Shown: in pieces, positions 63,390-64,000 of the stretch | How positions within the stretch are numbered: the stretch's first letter is position 1 | How the letters are laid out: the number at the start of each line of letters is the position of its first letter | NCBI GenBank assembly: GCA_026396285.1 | Contig: JAPLXB010000045.1 | Coordinates: forward strand, 343-64,342 | Length of the DNA: 64,000 nucleotides | From: Candidatus Micrarchaeota archaeon | GTDB taxonomy: Archaea > Micrarchaeota > Micrarchaeia > Norongarragalinales > JAPLXB01 | Direction of reading: 5' to 3' | The notes under the pieces: model-generated | What the model saw: only the letters and a program-made list of their open reading frames with translations | Databases searched by the model: none | What the model was told of the DNA's origin: nothing | Translations under genes and position numbers: made by a program

Positions 63390-64000
63390 ATGGAAAACGG
63401 GGGGAAGAAAAAACACGGGGCAGGGGAGACGCGCCACGCGAAAGCGTGCGCCAGGTGCGGCTCCGCCGAAGGGCCTTTCGCCGGCGCCTTGTGCGCGGCG
63501 TGTTTCGCGGCAGTCAACCGGCTTTACTCGATTCCGGGGCTGGAAGTCAGGAAGTGCCAGTTGTGCGGGAAGGTGCGCCTCGGAAGCGAGTGGAAGGGCG
63601 TGGGAAGAGTCGCGGGCTGGGTGAAGCAAAAAATCAAGCCAAACTACCCGCTCAAAAGCGCGGCGGTCTCAATTGCCGGCGCAGGGGAAGGGGCCAAAAC
63701 AGCCGCCGAACTGGACCTGGTGTTTGACGTGCACGGGACGGCAGTGGGGAAAAAGGACGCGGTTGAAATAAAGTTCGTCCCAACGGTGTGCCTCAAGTGC
63801 TCGCGCATCGCTTCAGGCTACCACGAGGCGATAATCCAGCTGCGCGGCGACACCGACCGCATTGAACGGGTTGAGAAGAAAATAATCCGCCTAATCGAAC
63901 GCATGAGTTTCGTCTCCGGCCTGCACCAGAAAAAAGAAGGGGTTGACATCCATTCAGGCTCCAACGCGGCCGCAAAAGAGGCGCTGTCCGCCCTCGGCTT
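63390..64000 (+). CDS. nmd3: NMD3-family 60S ribosomal subunit export/biogenesis protein (3'-truncated by the window end)
   Basis: N-terminal Cys4 clusters CARCG...CAAC and CQLCG...C...C. IIQLRG motif. The ORF has no stop before the window end, so it is absent from the ORF track. Confidence 0.6.
   Translation, partial: MENGGKKKHGAGETRHAKACARCGSAEGPFAGALCAACFAAVNRLYSIPGLEVRKCQLCGKVRLGSEWKGVGRVAGWVKQKIKPNYPLKSAAVSIAGAGEGAKTAAELDLVFDVHGTAVGKKDAVEIKFVPTVCLKCSRIASGYHEAIIQLRGDTDRIERVEKKIIRLIERMSFVSGLHQKKEGVDIHSGSNAAAKEALSALG

Noticed and set aside
63321-63629. 103-aa N-terminal extension of the polytopic membrane protein
   Set aside because: Arg/Pro/Ala-rich with no hydrophobic helix. It would run into the start of the divergent NMD3 gene.

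Overview
High-GC (~60%) archaeal chromosomal segment of about 55 genes, all six-frame ORFs read by eye with no tools. Its backbone is the conserved transcription/translation super-operon: rpoH, split rpoB (B'' then B'), an unsplit rpoA (A'+A'' in one 1138-aa ORF), then L30e, NusA, S12, S7, aEF-2, aEF-1alpha and S10. Accessory DNA has been inserted at three junctions of that backbone. The largest insert is a ~14-kb minus-strand cluster between rpoA and L30e. It is dominated by one giant (~3,760 aa) cell-surface protein gene that now reads as two overlapping ORFs (26189..31867 and 20574..26633) joined by a 1-nt frameshift. The predicted protein has an N-terminal signal anchor, a Kelch beta-propeller, a ~650-aa Gly-rich beta-helix-like tandem repeat array and several hundred N-x-S/T sequons. 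It ends in a transmembrane helix followed by a cytoplasmic HerA/FtsK-superfamily (DUF87-like) P-loop ATPase. A Zn-ribbon gene and two coiled-coil genes lie downstream in the same operon. I regard this as the candidate undescribed system in the window. Other notable content: two toxin-antitoxin pairs (UPF0175/DUF3368 and VapBC) and two tandem paralogue pairs at the other operon junctions. Two tRNAs carry introns. One is tRNA-Asn with a non-canonical T-loop intron. The other is a class-II tRNA whose ~80-nt intron I could not resolve. Both introns share an identical 15-nt core. Also present: orc1/cdc6 beside a candidate origin and a SepF gene, a KEOPS/prefoldin/Brix/Nudix/HAD housekeeping block, and a glycosyltransferase / thioredoxin-like envelope cluster. 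A P-type ATPase C-terminal remnant, an NMD3 gene running off the window end and many antisense ORF artefacts typical of high-GC DNA round out the window.
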